Part shown: positions 30,448 through 40,072 of the stretch, one piece after another
How the letters are laid out: every line of letters starts with the position of its first letter
How positions within the stretch are numbered: the stretch's first letter is position 1
Assembly (NCBI GenBank): GCA_963820525.1
Contig: CAWGAA010000001.1
Coordinates: 960,001 to 1,024,000, forward strand
Direction: 5' to 3'
DNA length: 64,000 nt
Source of the DNA: an uncultured Spirochaetota bacterium
GTDB taxonomy: Bacteria > Spirochaetota > Spirochaetia > SZUA-6 > Fen-1364
The notes under the pieces: generated by a model
Databases searched by the model: none
What the model saw: the letters and a program-made list of their open reading frames with translations, nothing else
What the model was told of the DNA's origin: nothing
Position numbers and translations under genes: made by a program

Positions 30448-31257
30448 ATGAGAATCCCACGTCGGGAATCCATCCTGCGGTTGTTCATCTTTTTGTCAGG
30501 GGGGATCCTGCTGACGCCCTCATCCGCGGGGGCAGAGACGGCGGCCGGTGGAACAGATTTCGTGCAGATGCTCAAGAAGGCGGACGCCCTGGTGACTTTC
30601 CCCGACTCCGATTTTTCCGCGCTGTACACCTTCGAGCAGGAAACCCCGGGCCAGGGGAAGAGCACCAAGCAGGCCATGGTGTTCAGGCGGGACAAGGACA
30701 ATACGTATCTCATCGTCGTAACGAAGCCGGAAGAGGACAAGGGAAAGGGGTATCTGAAGTCGGGAGACAACCTCTGGTTCTACGATCCCGTGTCGCGCCG
30801 GTTCACTTTCACCAGCGCCAAGGACCGGTTCCAGAACATGAACGCGCGCAACTCGGACTTCACGCGCTCGAATCTCGCGGGAGATTACACGGTGGCCGGA
30901 TCCGCCCGCCAGAAGCTCGGCAGGTTCGACTGTTGGATGATGGACCTCCAGGCCGTCAGTGACTCCATCACCTTCCCGAAAATGAGAATCTGGATCAGCG
31001 ACGACGGCCTCGTGCGCAAGACCGAGGATTACAGCTACTCGGGCCAGCACGTGCGCACCGTGGCCTTTCCCCAGTATCAGCAGGCCGGCGACCGCTATAT
31101 CCCGCACGTCGTCGTCATTGTGGACGAGCTTCGCGGCGCGACCATCAACGGCACGTTCGTCAAGGAGAGGACAACCTATACCATCTCCCGACCGTCGCTC
31201 CAGCGCCTGCCGGACGCGACCTTCACGAAAACCTGGCTGGAAAAGCTCAGTGAGTAA
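30448..31257 (+). CDS. LolA-like outer-membrane lipoprotein-sorting protein
   Basis: Signal peptide, P..DKGKGYL..GDNLW.YDP; follows LolE-like permeases. Confidence 0.8.
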   Translation: MRIPRRESILRLFIFLSGGILLTPSSAGAETAAGGTDFVQMLKKADALVTFPDSDFSALYTFEQETPGQGKSTKQAMVFRRDKDNTYLIVVTKPEEDKGKGYLKSGDNLWFYDPVSRRFTFTSAKDRFQNMNARNSDFTRSNLAGDYTVAGSARQKLGRFDCWMMDLQAVSDSITFPKMRIWISDDGLVRKTEDYSYSGQHVRTVAFPQYQQAGDRYIPHVVVIVDELRGATINGTFVKERTTYTISRPSLQRLPDATFTKTWLEKLSE

Positions 31258-31267
31258 GAAGGCATAC

Positions 31268-32653
31268 ATGAGGAGCGCTCGTCGGGCCCGGTTTTTTCTT
31301 GCGGCCGCCTTATGCCTGGCAGGCGCGGGCTTGTGGGCGCAATCTCAGGGCCAGACGGATTCGAGTGACGACGATCTGAACGGCCTGTTCAACGACGGCG
31401 AGCCCTCCCCTTCACCTCCCTCCACAGGCCCGCAGGCCCCCACCCAGCCGTCCGCCCCCGCGGAGGTGCGGCCCGACGACCTGACGAGGGACGACAAGAT
31501 CCACGTGTTCGGATCCCTCGACATCTTCGGCGATCTGGGAGGCGGCTGGTCCCCGCTTCCGGATCCGAACCGGCTGTTCGAGAATCTCCGCGCCGAAGGC
31601 GGCGGCAGCCTTGCCGTTAGTTTCGGGTTCGAAGTGAGGCCTGTGACCGAGCTCAGGATCCGCGCCAAGCTGAGCTACAATTTCCCGGGTCCCGCTCCCT
31701 TGTTTTCAGAGATGATCGTCGATTATTCCCTCTGGAACAGCGTGTTCTTCCGGGTGGGGATATTCGATTACACCTGGGGCAACTCCCAGTTCTTCCAGTT
31801 CGGGAATCTCCCAACCCGCGGCCTTCCCGGCTGGTCCACCAGCAATCTGCCGTACTGGGAGCAGACCAATCTCATCACCACAATAACAACGCCGACGGTG
31901 CCGGTCTCCGCGAAGATGAACATACCTTTCGGGCTGGGCGGGCTCACCTTCATTGCGCGATTCGACATGGCGAACTACGGATTCCCCGACCAATACACGC
32001 CCAATCCACGGTACGCGGGCTACGGCCTTCAGTATGACCTTGTCACGGGCCCCATCGAATGGAGCCTTGCCGGATTCTACCAGTACCTCCTCACTCCTCG
32101 ATGCCTGCTGGCAATGAAGACCAGCATGTTCGGTTTCGACCTCTCCGCCGAAACGACCATGGCCTTCCCGGTGACGTTTTCGCCTTCCGGGATCAAGCCG
32201 ATCGGCACAAGCGGCGGCGGCATCTCCGTAGGCGGCACACTCGAGCGCATCTACCCCACTGCGGTCATCGGACTGTCCAGGGAGTGGGAGGACGTCCATA
32301 TCAAGCTCCATGCGGAATACGGGTACAATGGCGAACGCGACCCCGGCACCTCCTGGCTTCAAGACCAGACCGGGCCCGGCGGCCACAGCTCCGCGCTCGC
32401 TGTCCGTTTTGGGAACCTGGGCCCTTCCGGCCTTGCCCTCAACCTGCTCTGGCAGCAGAGCTGGTCGGACTGGTCGTGCCTCCTCGCGCCTTTCCTGGAG
32501 CTTTCACCGGTGCCGTTGACCACGATACAGATCGGGCTCCCCGTGATTATCGGCTCCGAGGGCAGCGAGGTCTTGAACAATCGTCTGGTGCCGGGGGGAA
32601 AGCAGCTCGAGCTCCTCATTCTTGTCAAGGTCTCAAGCAGTTTCAGGCAATAG
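31268..32653 (+). CDS. Secreted protein, probable outer-membrane beta-barrel
   Basis: Signal peptide (..GLWAQ), Pro/Ser-rich linker, alternating beta pattern, C-terminal ..KVSSSF. Confidence 0.6.
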   Translation: MRSARRARFFLAAALCLAGAGLWAQSQGQTDSSDDDLNGLFNDGEPSPSPPSTGPQAPTQPSAPAEVRPDDLTRDDKIHVFGSLDIFGDLGGGWSPLPDPNRLFENLRAEGGGSLAVSFGFEVRPVTELRIRAKLSYNFPGPAPLFSEMIVDYSLWNSVFFRVGIFDYTWGNSQFFQFGNLPTRGLPGWSTSNLPYWEQTNLITTITTPTVPVSAKMNIPFGLGGLTFIARFDMANYGFPDQYTPNPRYAGYGLQYDLVTGPIEWSLAGFYQYLLTPRCLLAMKTSMFGFDLSAETTMAFPVTFSPSGIKPIGTSGGGISVGGTLERIYPTAVIGLSREWEDVHIKLHAEYGYNGERDPGTSWLQDQTGPGGHSSALAVRFGNLGPSGLALNLLWQQSWSDWSCLLAPFLELSPVPLTTIQIGLPVIIGSEGSEVLNNRLVPGGKQLELLILVKVSSSFRQ

Positions 32654-32703
32654 GATGCCGCGCGAGACGCTTATGAGCCTGGACATCGGGACAAAACCTC
32701 GGG

Positions 32704-33147
32704 ATGAGGCCGAAAGGATCCGCTGAAGCTCTGCGGGCGCGCCGGCAAAAAGCCGTCGCGCTGCTCTCTCAGGGGATTTCTCTGCGCGAGATCGCGCGCC
32801 GCATCGGCTGCAACGCCAGCTCCGTCATGAGATGGCGTGACAAGTGGAACGCCCTCGGGGAGGAGGGCCTCGAGGTGCTGACTTCAACGGGCCGGCCTGC
32901 AAAGTTGAACACGCGGCAGAAGACACAGCTGTTGGGATTCCTGCGTCAAGGACCCAAAGCCTTCGGATTGAATTCGGATGCTTGGACCCTGAAGCGGGTC
33001 ACTACCCTGATTCAGAGGAAGTTCTCCGTCGATTATCACTTCACCCATGTCGGACGGCTTTTGCATTCCCTGGGGTGGCGCCCGCTCAAGTCCGAGCCGC
33101 TCGACTCCGGCCGCACCAAGGCTCCGCGAGGCTGGGCGCCCGGCTAG
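32704..33147 (+). mobile_element. IS630-type transposase DNA-binding part (two HTH domains) with no DDE domain
   Basis: RRQKAVALL..G.S.REIARRIGC...SV.RW, GRPAKL, WTL.RV..LI...F.V.YH..HV.RLL..LGW; no catalytic ORF follows. Confidence 0.75.
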
Positions 33148-33160
33148 AGCCGATTTTTTT
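33141..33160 (+). terminator. Possible intrinsic terminator over the IS630-HTH stop codon
   Basis: CGGCT-AG-AGCCG followed by ATTTTTTT; stem is short. Confidence 0.4.
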
Positions 33161-33292
33161 GCCCTGAATGTTGCATTTATTTTGCTAACTTCCGCACATC
33201 TGCGATGGCAATCCCGGTCTTACGCCCGCCGCAGCATCGACTACCGATTGATCGACCTGGACGATCTCTTCAAATTCGCTACAATAGCGGTC

Positions 33293-33814
33293 ATGAATAA
33301 ACCATGGTTGTTCCTCGTGGCCGTTGTTGCCCTGATTTCGCAGGCGCCTGGGCTTTACGCCGCCGGCTTCGATGCGCTTCTTCCCCTGATGGTCGATCTT
33401 CCCGGCTGGGAGGCTGAGAAGGCCGATGGCGCCGACATGAGCGCCTCGGGGATGCGTGCCGTAACCGTCTACCGCAGCTACCAAAGCGGTGATCGCACCT
33501 TCGAGGCCACCATCCTCATCGGCACGCAAGCGACGTCGACCTGGATGCCCGACTACAAGGAGGGCTACAGGATGGAGACGCCGGAAGGTCTTCTGGAGGT
33601 GAAGAAGATCAACGGCTTCCTCGTGTTCTCCAGCTTCGAGAATGAGGGTGGGTCCGGCGGAATCGTCGTGCTTTTACAGAACGCGGCGAGCACGTCCGAC
33701 ACCGGGGCCGTGTTGGCGATCAGCTTCGAAGGCCTCGCCCGGGAGGAAGCCTTGAAGATGGCGCAACGCTTCAACTGGGCGAAGATGAAGGAACAGGTTG
33801 CCAGGCTGAAGTAG
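33293..33814 (+). CDS. Secreted hypothetical protein
   Basis: Signal peptide MNKPWLFLVAVVALISQAPGLYA; typical codon usage. Confidence 0.75.
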   Translation: MNKPWLFLVAVVALISQAPGLYAAGFDALLPLMVDLPGWEAEKADGADMSASGMRAVTVYRSYQSGDRTFEATILIGTQATSTWMPDYKEGYRMETPEGLLEVKKINGFLVFSSFENEGGSGGIVVLLQNAASTSDTGAVLAISFEGLAREEALKMAQRFNWAKMKEQVARLK

Positions 33815-33920
33815 CCGGTGCGCTCGGGGCCGCACGCTTTTCGATTTGATGAGAAGTGCGACAACGCCTCATGTGAGGCTTGCAGCGCAGCAGGCCATGT
33901 TTGCCGACAAGGAGGACGGG

Positions 33921-34304
33921 ATGGAAAAGAAAGCAGTCGTTCCCAAACGCGGCCCGAAGCCGGTCGGGCCTTACTCTCCGGCAATCTCGTACGGCGATCT
34001 CGTATTCGTCTCGGGCCAGGGTCCGATGAACCCGGACACCGGCCAGGTCGAAAAGGGCGACGTGGAAACCGAAATGAAGATCGCCATGGAAAACGTGCGC
34101 CTGCTTCTCGAGGCGGCGGGGAGCAGCCTTGACAGAGTCCTGAAGACCACGGTCTATCTCGCCGATATAGACGATTTCACCCGGATGAACACGCTGTACA
34201 GCGCCTACTTTGCGAAGCCCTACCCCGCCCGAACGACCATCCAGGCCGCACAGCTTCCCCTGGGGATCAGGATTGAGATAGATGTAATAGCGTCGCTTCG
34301 CTGA
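33921..34304 (+). CDS. ridA: RidA/YjgF family imine deaminase
   Basis: P.PVGPYS.AI, FVSGQ, KTTVYL.DI.DF..MN, PARTT, IEID; AGGAGG RBS. Confidence 0.92.
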   Translation: MEKKAVVPKRGPKPVGPYSPAISYGDLVFVSGQGPMNPDTGQVEKGDVETEMKIAMENVRLLLEAAGSSLDRVLKTTVYLADIDDFTRMNTLYSAYFAKPYPARTTIQAAQLPLGIRIEIDVIASLR

Positions 34305-34349
34305 GGCTTGCGTAACCACGGCGGGGCCGCGAGGCAGCCGGCGGGCGGG

Positions 34350-36344
34350 TCACGCCCTCAGCCAGACCGTCATTTCGCCGTTCGGCTCGCGGTTGCCCCA
34401 TTGGTGGTAGGGGATCGCGGTTATCCTGATAGGCTTGCGGGATTGCCGTGGATCGGCCGCTCTGTAGAGGCTCGATTCCTGGCCCCGCGGGGCGTGCGCC
34501 GCGCTTCGATATCCGCGGGTATGGATCACGCACGTGCCTCCCATCAGGTCCGGCCGGTATTCGGCCTTTGCCTCGGCGCCGGGCTCGAGGGTCAATGCGT
34601 TCAGGCCGGGGCCATTGTCGCATGACTCGACGCAGTAGACGAGGGGCCCGCGTCGAATCGCCAACTTTCCCGCCAGCTCCCTTACCTGAGGATTGGCCTG
34701 GATGAAAAGGATTGGCATGGAGAGGTCCAGGACGACCTTGTCCGACCCCGACCAGGCTCGCGTGATTTCAAGATACCCTTTCTCGACCGTGCTTTTCTCC
34801 AATGGTTTCCCGTTGACGGAACAGGTGAAGGACGTGCACCAGGACGGGATGCGCAGAGCGAGGGTGAATGCGGCGCCTTCCCCCTTGACGGTCAATTCGA
34901 TCTTCCCCAGCCAGGGGTAATCGGTGACCTGCGTGATTGTAACGCGCGAAGAGCCCAGGGTGAGCGACGTTTCGCTTCCCCCGTACTGCTGAACCCAGAC
35001 GGTATGCTCGTTCCTCGTGTAAAAATTATGGGAAATGGAAGCGATCAGGCGGGCGATATTGGGAGGGCAACAGGCGCATCCGAACCAGCGGATCCTGCTC
35101 GTCTCCACGTGCGCGTGGTCGTGCCGATACCGAGCGACATCGGGCTGTACTTCGAGGGGATTCACGTAGAAGTAGCGGGACCCATCGAGAGAAACCCCGG
35201 AGAGGATTCCGTTGAACACCGCCGTCTCGATGACATCGGCGTATTCGGAGCGGGGATCGCAGAGAAGCATTCTCTGCGCCCAAAAAACGAGGCCGATCGA
35301 GGCGCAGGTTTCCGCGTAGGCCGTATCGCTGGGCAGATCGTACCCGATGGAGAATCTTTCTCCGAAGGATTGGGAGCCCAGCCCGCCGGTGATGTACATC
35401 TTCTTCCCGACCAGGTCGTTCCACAGCGCGTGGAGCGCCTTGCCCAGCGCTTCATCCCCGGTTTCCAGGAACTGATCCGTCATGGCTGAATACAGGTACA
35501 TGGCTCGAACGGCGTGACCCGTTACCTCGGATTGCTCACGCACGGGTTTGTGGGCAAGATAATAGTCCGCCCGCTGCCAGCGATTTTCCACGATCGCAAA
35601 GCCGTACGGGTGGGGGGTGGACCTCAAATCCCGTTCGAAAACGCTCGGATCCCTCCCCCGCTCATCGATGAAATAGACTGCCAGATCGCGGTAGCCCTGA
35701 TTTTCCGTGACGCGATACAGGCGGAAGAGGGCCAGCTCGATTTCGGGATGGCCGCAATACCCCCGCCGCTGGCCAGGTCCGGTCCCAAACTCCCGCGCAA
35801 TCAGATCCGCGTAGCGGCAGATGATGTCCAGGAGAGATCTCTTGCCGGTGACCTGGTAGTGCGCCACGGCGGCTTCGATGAGATGCCCCGCACAATACAG
35901 CTCGTGGGCCCAAACGAGGTCCGTCCACCGTTTCTCCGGTTCCTTCACGATGAAATAGGTATTGAGGTAACCATCGGGCCGCTGAGCCCTGCCGATGCAC
36001 TCGATCAGCCGATCGAGCCTCTCGTCCAGGTCCTGGTCGTAGTGCGTGGCCAGGCTGTAGGAGGCGGCCTCGATCCACTTGGCGACGTCGCTGTCCTGAA
36101 ACACCGTACCGGCGAAGTTCCCTTGTGAATCGCCCGAAGCGATGCGGAAGTTTTCCACCGCGTGACTGGGAGCCGCATCAGGGATCCTGTCGTTCAAGGC
36201 GTCCCATTGGTAGGGGATCAGCCTGTCATTGACCATGTCGATCTTCATCTTCCAGAAGCCGGACTGGATCGTGACGTCCCGATCAACGCGCTGCGCCGCC
36301 ATCCGTCGGGAGCTCTTTCTGGGCTGCCGGGCCTTTCCGCTCAT
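34350..36344 (-). CDS. GH127 beta-L-arabinofuranosidase family
   Basis: FQDSDVAKW, HELYCAGHLIEA, GHAVRAMY, YAETCAS, YVNPLE, CACCPPN. Confidence 0.95.
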   Translation of the reverse strand: MSGKARQPRKSSRRMAAQRVDRDVTIQSGFWKMKIDMVNDRLIPYQWDALNDRIPDAAPSHAVENFRIASGDSQGNFAGTVFQDSDVAKWIEAASYSLATHYDQDLDERLDRLIECIGRAQRPDGYLNTYFIVKEPEKRWTDLVWAHELYCAGHLIEAAVAHYQVTGKRSLLDIICRYADLIAREFGTGPGQRRGYCGHPEIELALFRLYRVTENQGYRDLAVYFIDERGRDPSVFERDLRSTPHPYGFAIVENRWQRADYYLAHKPVREQSEVTGHAVRAMYLYSAMTDQFLETGDEALGKALHALWNDLVGKKMYITGGLGSQSFGERFSIGYDLPSDTAYAETCASIGLVFWAQRMLLCDPRSEYADVIETAVFNGILSGVSLDGSRYFYVNPLEVQPDVARYRHDHAHVETSRIRWFGCACCPPNIARLIASISHNFYTRNEHTVWVQQYGGSETSLTLGSSRVTITQVTDYPWLGKIELTVKGEGAAFTLALRIPSWCTSFTCSVNGKPLEKSTVEKGYLEITRAWSGSDKVVLDLSMPILFIQANPQVRELAGKLAIRRGPLVYCVESCDNGPGLNALTLEPGAEAKAEYRPDLMGGTCVIHTRGYRSAAHAPRGQESSLYRAADPRQSRKPIRITAIPYHQWGNREPNGEMTVWLRA

Positions 36345-37174
36345 GCCTTGATCCCGCCCATCGTGAGGCCCTCGACGAACGATTTTTGAGCCAGGAAAAA
36401 GAGGATAATGAGAGGGGCCGTGACGAGAGTCGCGGCGGCCATGAGAAGGTGCCAGTCCGAGGTGTACTGGGACAGCATGGACTGCAGCCCGAGGGCGAGG
36501 GTGTACATCTTGCGCTCGTTCAGGTAGAGCAGCGGGCCCAGGTAGTCGTTCCAGCTCCCCAGGAAGGTAAAGATCGCCACGACCGCAAGCGCGGGCCGCG
36601 TCATCGGAACAATGATATGGATGAGGATCTGCGGGTACGTCGCGCCATCGATGAATGCCGCTTCATCGAAATCGGGTGGGATGGTCCTGAAGAATTGCAC
36701 AAGCATGAAAATGAACAGCGCATTGCCGAAGAAGGAGAGAACGGTCAATGGGAGAAAGGTGTTGATGCCATGGAAAAAATGCCACTCGATGAATAACGGG
36801 ATCAGGGTGATGGATGTCGGCATCATCAGCGTTCCTATGCTCAGGGAGAACATGAGCTTGCGTCCCCGGAACTTGAGGCGTGCCAGGCCGTACGCGATGA
36901 TCGTGTTGGAAAAAAGCGCGCCGATGATGTTGACCATGACGATGAACAGCGAATTGAAGTAGTACCTCGCGAAGGGCATGATGGAAAAGACCTCCACGTA
37001 GTTCCGCCATTGGGGCGCATGCGGAAAAACGCGGGGGGGCGATGCGAAAATCTCTGATATGGTCATCACGGAGCTTCGAAGCTGCCACAGGAAGGGGAGC
37101 AGGAACAGGGCCGACAACAGCACGAGGAGCGCCGTAACCTGGGCATGAAAGACAGCTGCCCGCGGGAATTTCAT
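36341..37174 (-). CDS. Carbohydrate ABC permease (MalG-like)
   Basis: DEAAFIDGA (EAA motif), WNDYLGPL. Confidence 0.93.
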   Translation of the reverse strand: MKFPRAAVFHAQVTALLVLLSALFLLPFLWQLRSSVMTISEIFASPPRVFPHAPQWRNYVEVFSIMPFARYYFNSLFIVMVNIIGALFSNTIIAYGLARLKFRGRKLMFSLSIGTLMMPTSITLIPLFIEWHFFHGINTFLPLTVLSFFGNALFIFMLVQFFRTIPPDFDEAAFIDGATYPQILIHIIVPMTRPALAVVAIFTFLGSWNDYLGPLLYLNERKMYTLALGLQSMLSQYTSDWHLLMAAATLVTAPLIILFFLAQKSFVEGLTMGGIKA

Positions 37175-38088
37175 CTCTTGTCTCCCTCATAGTAGACCCA
37201 CCGGCCCGAGCTCTTGAAAAGCACCGCGGACAGAAAGACCGTCACGACGATGAACACCCACGCCATGGCGCAGGCGTAGCCCATCTTGCTGAACTGGAAC
37301 GCCTGCTGGTATATGTCCAGCAGGTAGGTGAGGGAAGCGTTCGAAGGCCCGCCATGAGTCATGATGTAGGGCTGCGTGAATATCTGCAGGCTGTTGATCA
37401 GCCCGATCACGAGGTTATAGAAGATCACGGGGCTCATGAAGGGAACGATGACATGCCGAAACTCATCCCAGGCGTTCCCGCCGTCGATGGAAACAGCCTC
37501 ACGGAGCTGTCGCGGTATGCCTTGAAGACCGGCGAGGAAAATGACCACGACGTTTCCGACGGTCCAAAGATTCATGAACACCAGGCTCGGGATCACCTGC
37601 TCGGAGCTGAAGATCCACATCTGCGCCGGCAACCCGAGCTGCTCCAGGATGATGTTCAACAAGCCGAAGTTCGGGTCGAAAAGCCAGAGCCACATGGCCG
37701 AGGTGACCACGACAGGAATCAGGGACGGGATGTAAAAGATGGTGCGGTAAATCCCGATCCCCCTTATCCTGGAAGTCAACAGCATCGCCAACCCAAAGGC
37801 GATCAAGAGCTGGAGCGGGACGGCGAGCAGGGTGTACTGCAGGGTGACGATGACGGACTGCAGAAAAAGGGGATCCGTTGTGAACATCGTGATGAAGTTT
37901 CCGAGGCCTACGAAGCGCGGCGGGCTTATCATATTCCACCGCCAGGTGCTGGCAACGAGGCTGATCCCCAGCGGGAACGCAACCCAGATGGTCAGGCCAA
38001 GAGACAGGGGCATGATGAAGATCCAGCCCCAGAAACTCTGGCTCCTCTCCATGGATCCTTTTCTCGTAGCTCTCTTGCGTGTTTCCAC
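37171..38088 (-). CDS. Carbohydrate ABC permease (MalF-like); start uncertain (38088, 38052 or 38181)
   Basis: FVGLGNF, FLAGLQGIP..L.EA..IDG. Confidence 0.92.
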   Translation of the reverse strand: METRKRATRKGSMERSQSFWGWIFIMPLSLGLTIWVAFPLGISLVASTWRWNMISPPRFVGLGNFITMFTTDPLFLQSVIVTLQYTLLAVPLQLLIAFGLAMLLTSRIRGIGIYRTIFYIPSLIPVVVTSAMWLWLFDPNFGLLNIILEQLGLPAQMWIFSSEQVIPSLVFMNLWTVGNVVVIFLAGLQGIPRQLREAVSIDGGNAWDEFRHVIVPFMSPVIFYNLVIGLINSLQIFTQPYIMTHGGPSNASLTYLLDIYQQAFQFSKMGYACAMAWVFIVVTVFLSAVLFKSSGRWVYYEGDKR

Positions 38089-38208
38089 CTGGTGCCCGCC
38101 TTGGTCGTTTGTTATCGGCGTCTTCGGGTAAGACTCCAATGCGCGGGGCGAGGGAGGGCCCGGATTCGGCATCCGGGACACACCCTCGCTCCCGCAAAGG
38201 AAAAGATC

Positions 38209-39537
38209 CTAGTTGTATGCGCCCTGCAGCAATCCGGATTTCCGGATCTGAGCGGCTGCCTTGGTGAGCGCTTCCTTCGCCGTTGCCTTTCCCGTCCAGA
38301 CCGAGTCCAGCGCCGGCGTGACATACGTCGTGATGAGCTCCGCGTTGTTGACCAGGCGCGGTTCCAGCTGCGCGACCTTCATCGAATCAACGACCGCTCC
38401 CTTGAAGCCCTCGGGGTGGACCGGGTTTGAGATCCACTTTGCCAGGTCTGCCGGGTTGGTGTACCACGAGGCTTTCGTGGGCATCCACAGGCCCTCCGAG
38501 TACAAGGCCAGAGTCGCATCGGGGGTCATCATCCACTTCTGAAGCTCCCAGGCCTCCGCGGGATGCTTGGTCGAGGCGAAAATAACGTTCGCTCCGCTGA
38601 GGTAGACCTGGGCTGGCGTCTTATGGATGGGCAATGCGCCGACCCCATACGGGAAATTCTTCTTGCCGAAGTCCAGCAGCTCCCACTGTCCGCTAACATA
38701 GAAGGCGATCTGACCGGTCTGAAGCTGGGTCTGCGCGGCAGCCATGCTGGTGGTCGAGGCGGTCTGCGGCATAACGTGGTGCTTGTTCATCAGGTCCGCC
38801 AATCTCTGGATTGCCTCGATGGTCTCGGGCTTGTCGAGCAGGACCTGCTTCCCGTCACGGGAGAAGAAGCCGCCTCCGTTGCCCCAGACCGTGGGATAGA
38901 GCATGAACGTCCACAGCTCGTACCGGATGCCCCATTGCAATACTCTTTGTGCGTTGAAGCCCGGATCGTCCGGGTGTTTTCCATTCCTGTCCGTGGTGAT
39001 CTTTTTCAGGTACGTGACGAATTGGTTCCAGCTCCAGCCCTTCGTGTAGTCCGTGGGGGGCTGGGGAACGCCGGCATCTTGAAGAACATTCTTGTTGTAG
39101 TAGAGGACCTGGCACTCTGCCGCCGTGTAGGCGCCGTAGATCTTGCCGCCGTTGGAAAGCCACGTTGTCGGCAGATAGTCCTTGATCATCCCGTCCCGGT
39201 TGGCCAGCTGCGTCAGGTCGAGGAAAAACCCGTTCTTTGCATAGTTGTCGAACTCTTCGGGGCGGAAATACCCGAGATCCGGCAGCGTGTCCGAGGCAGC
39301 CATTGCCTGCATCTTTGCATTGTATTCCGTTCCCGTGCCCGTGACGGCGAGATACATCGGCTCCGCCGTGATCCCGGGATGCGCCGCCTCGAAATCCTTG
39401 AGCGCAACTCGAATGGCCTCGTCTTCCGCCGGGCTGCCCCAGTAGATGTAGGAAATCTTGACGGGCGCAGCGAAGCACATACCGGCCAGCACGAGGCCTA
39501 TGGCCAACGCTGCGGTGAAAATGATGAGCTTCTTCAT
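38209..39537 (-). CDS. Sugar ABC substrate-binding protein
   Basis: AGGAG RBS, signal peptide MKKLIIF..., LYYNK, G+IA...GQW. Confidence 0.92.
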   Translation of the reverse strand: MKKLIIFTAALAIGLVLAGMCFAAPVKISYIYWGSPAEDEAIRVALKDFEAAHPGITAEPMYLAVTGTGTEYNAKMQAMAASDTLPDLGYFRPEEFDNYAKNGFFLDLTQLANRDGMIKDYLPTTWLSNGGKIYGAYTAAECQVLYYNKNVLQDAGVPQPPTDYTKGWSWNQFVTYLKKITTDRNGKHPDDPGFNAQRVLQWGIRYELWTFMLYPTVWGNGGGFFSRDGKQVLLDKPETIEAIQRLADLMNKHHVMPQTASTTSMAAAQTQLQTGQIAFYVSGQWELLDFGKKNFPYGVGALPIHKTPAQVYLSGANVIFASTKHPAEAWELQKWMMTPDATLALYSEGLWMPTKASWYTNPADLAKWISNPVHPEGFKGAVVDSMKVAQLEPRLVNNAELITTYVTPALDSVWTGKATAKEALTKAAAQIRKSGLLQGAYN

Positions 39538-39934
39538 CCTCTCCTCCTTCGTTTTGAGTTTTGCCACCTGGGTGACTCAACCACTTTACAGCCACACTGC
39601 GAACCTGCAACCTACCAACTCCTGAGCATACGTGACGTTTTCCGACTTCACCTGAATCAGTCACATACCCGGGGTTCTATCCCGCATCCCGAAGGCCGCC
39701 CATCAGCCTCAAGAGGTATTCGCCCTCTTTTCATGGAGTATCCCGGCAGGGAATTAGCCAAAACGACACAGCGGCTGAGTTCTTTTGATACACTTTTGGT
39801 ACGATTTCTCGACATTCCATTTAATCCATGCCCTGTTGTGGAGGCCGCAATGAATTGATATACTGTTCAAGACGCTTCGCGCCTGGTTTTTTTGCGGTCC
39901 GGCACAGGCGATCGAGCCTGTCCCGGTATCGATT

Positions 39935-39950
39935 TTTGACACATGTCAAA
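39935..39950. promoter_or_regulatory. Palindrome TTTGACA-CA-TGTCAAA, a putative operator
   Basis: Perfect 7-bp arms in the divergent SBP/AraC intergenic region. Confidence 0.45.
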
Positions 39951-40072
39951 TTCCGTCCTTCAGTGACGGGTTCCGACTTTCCCTGGTGTCAGGGGGCCTG
40001 ACGGTTCCAACGGCAGGAGCAACGCGATAGTATGGTTTCTGCAAAGGCCGCGGGCCTGACAGGAGGTCGCGA

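Noticed and set aside
34350..39537. Sugar ABC operon lacking an ATPase as a novelty
   Set aside because: A shared MsmK-type ATPase in trans is common for carbohydrate importers
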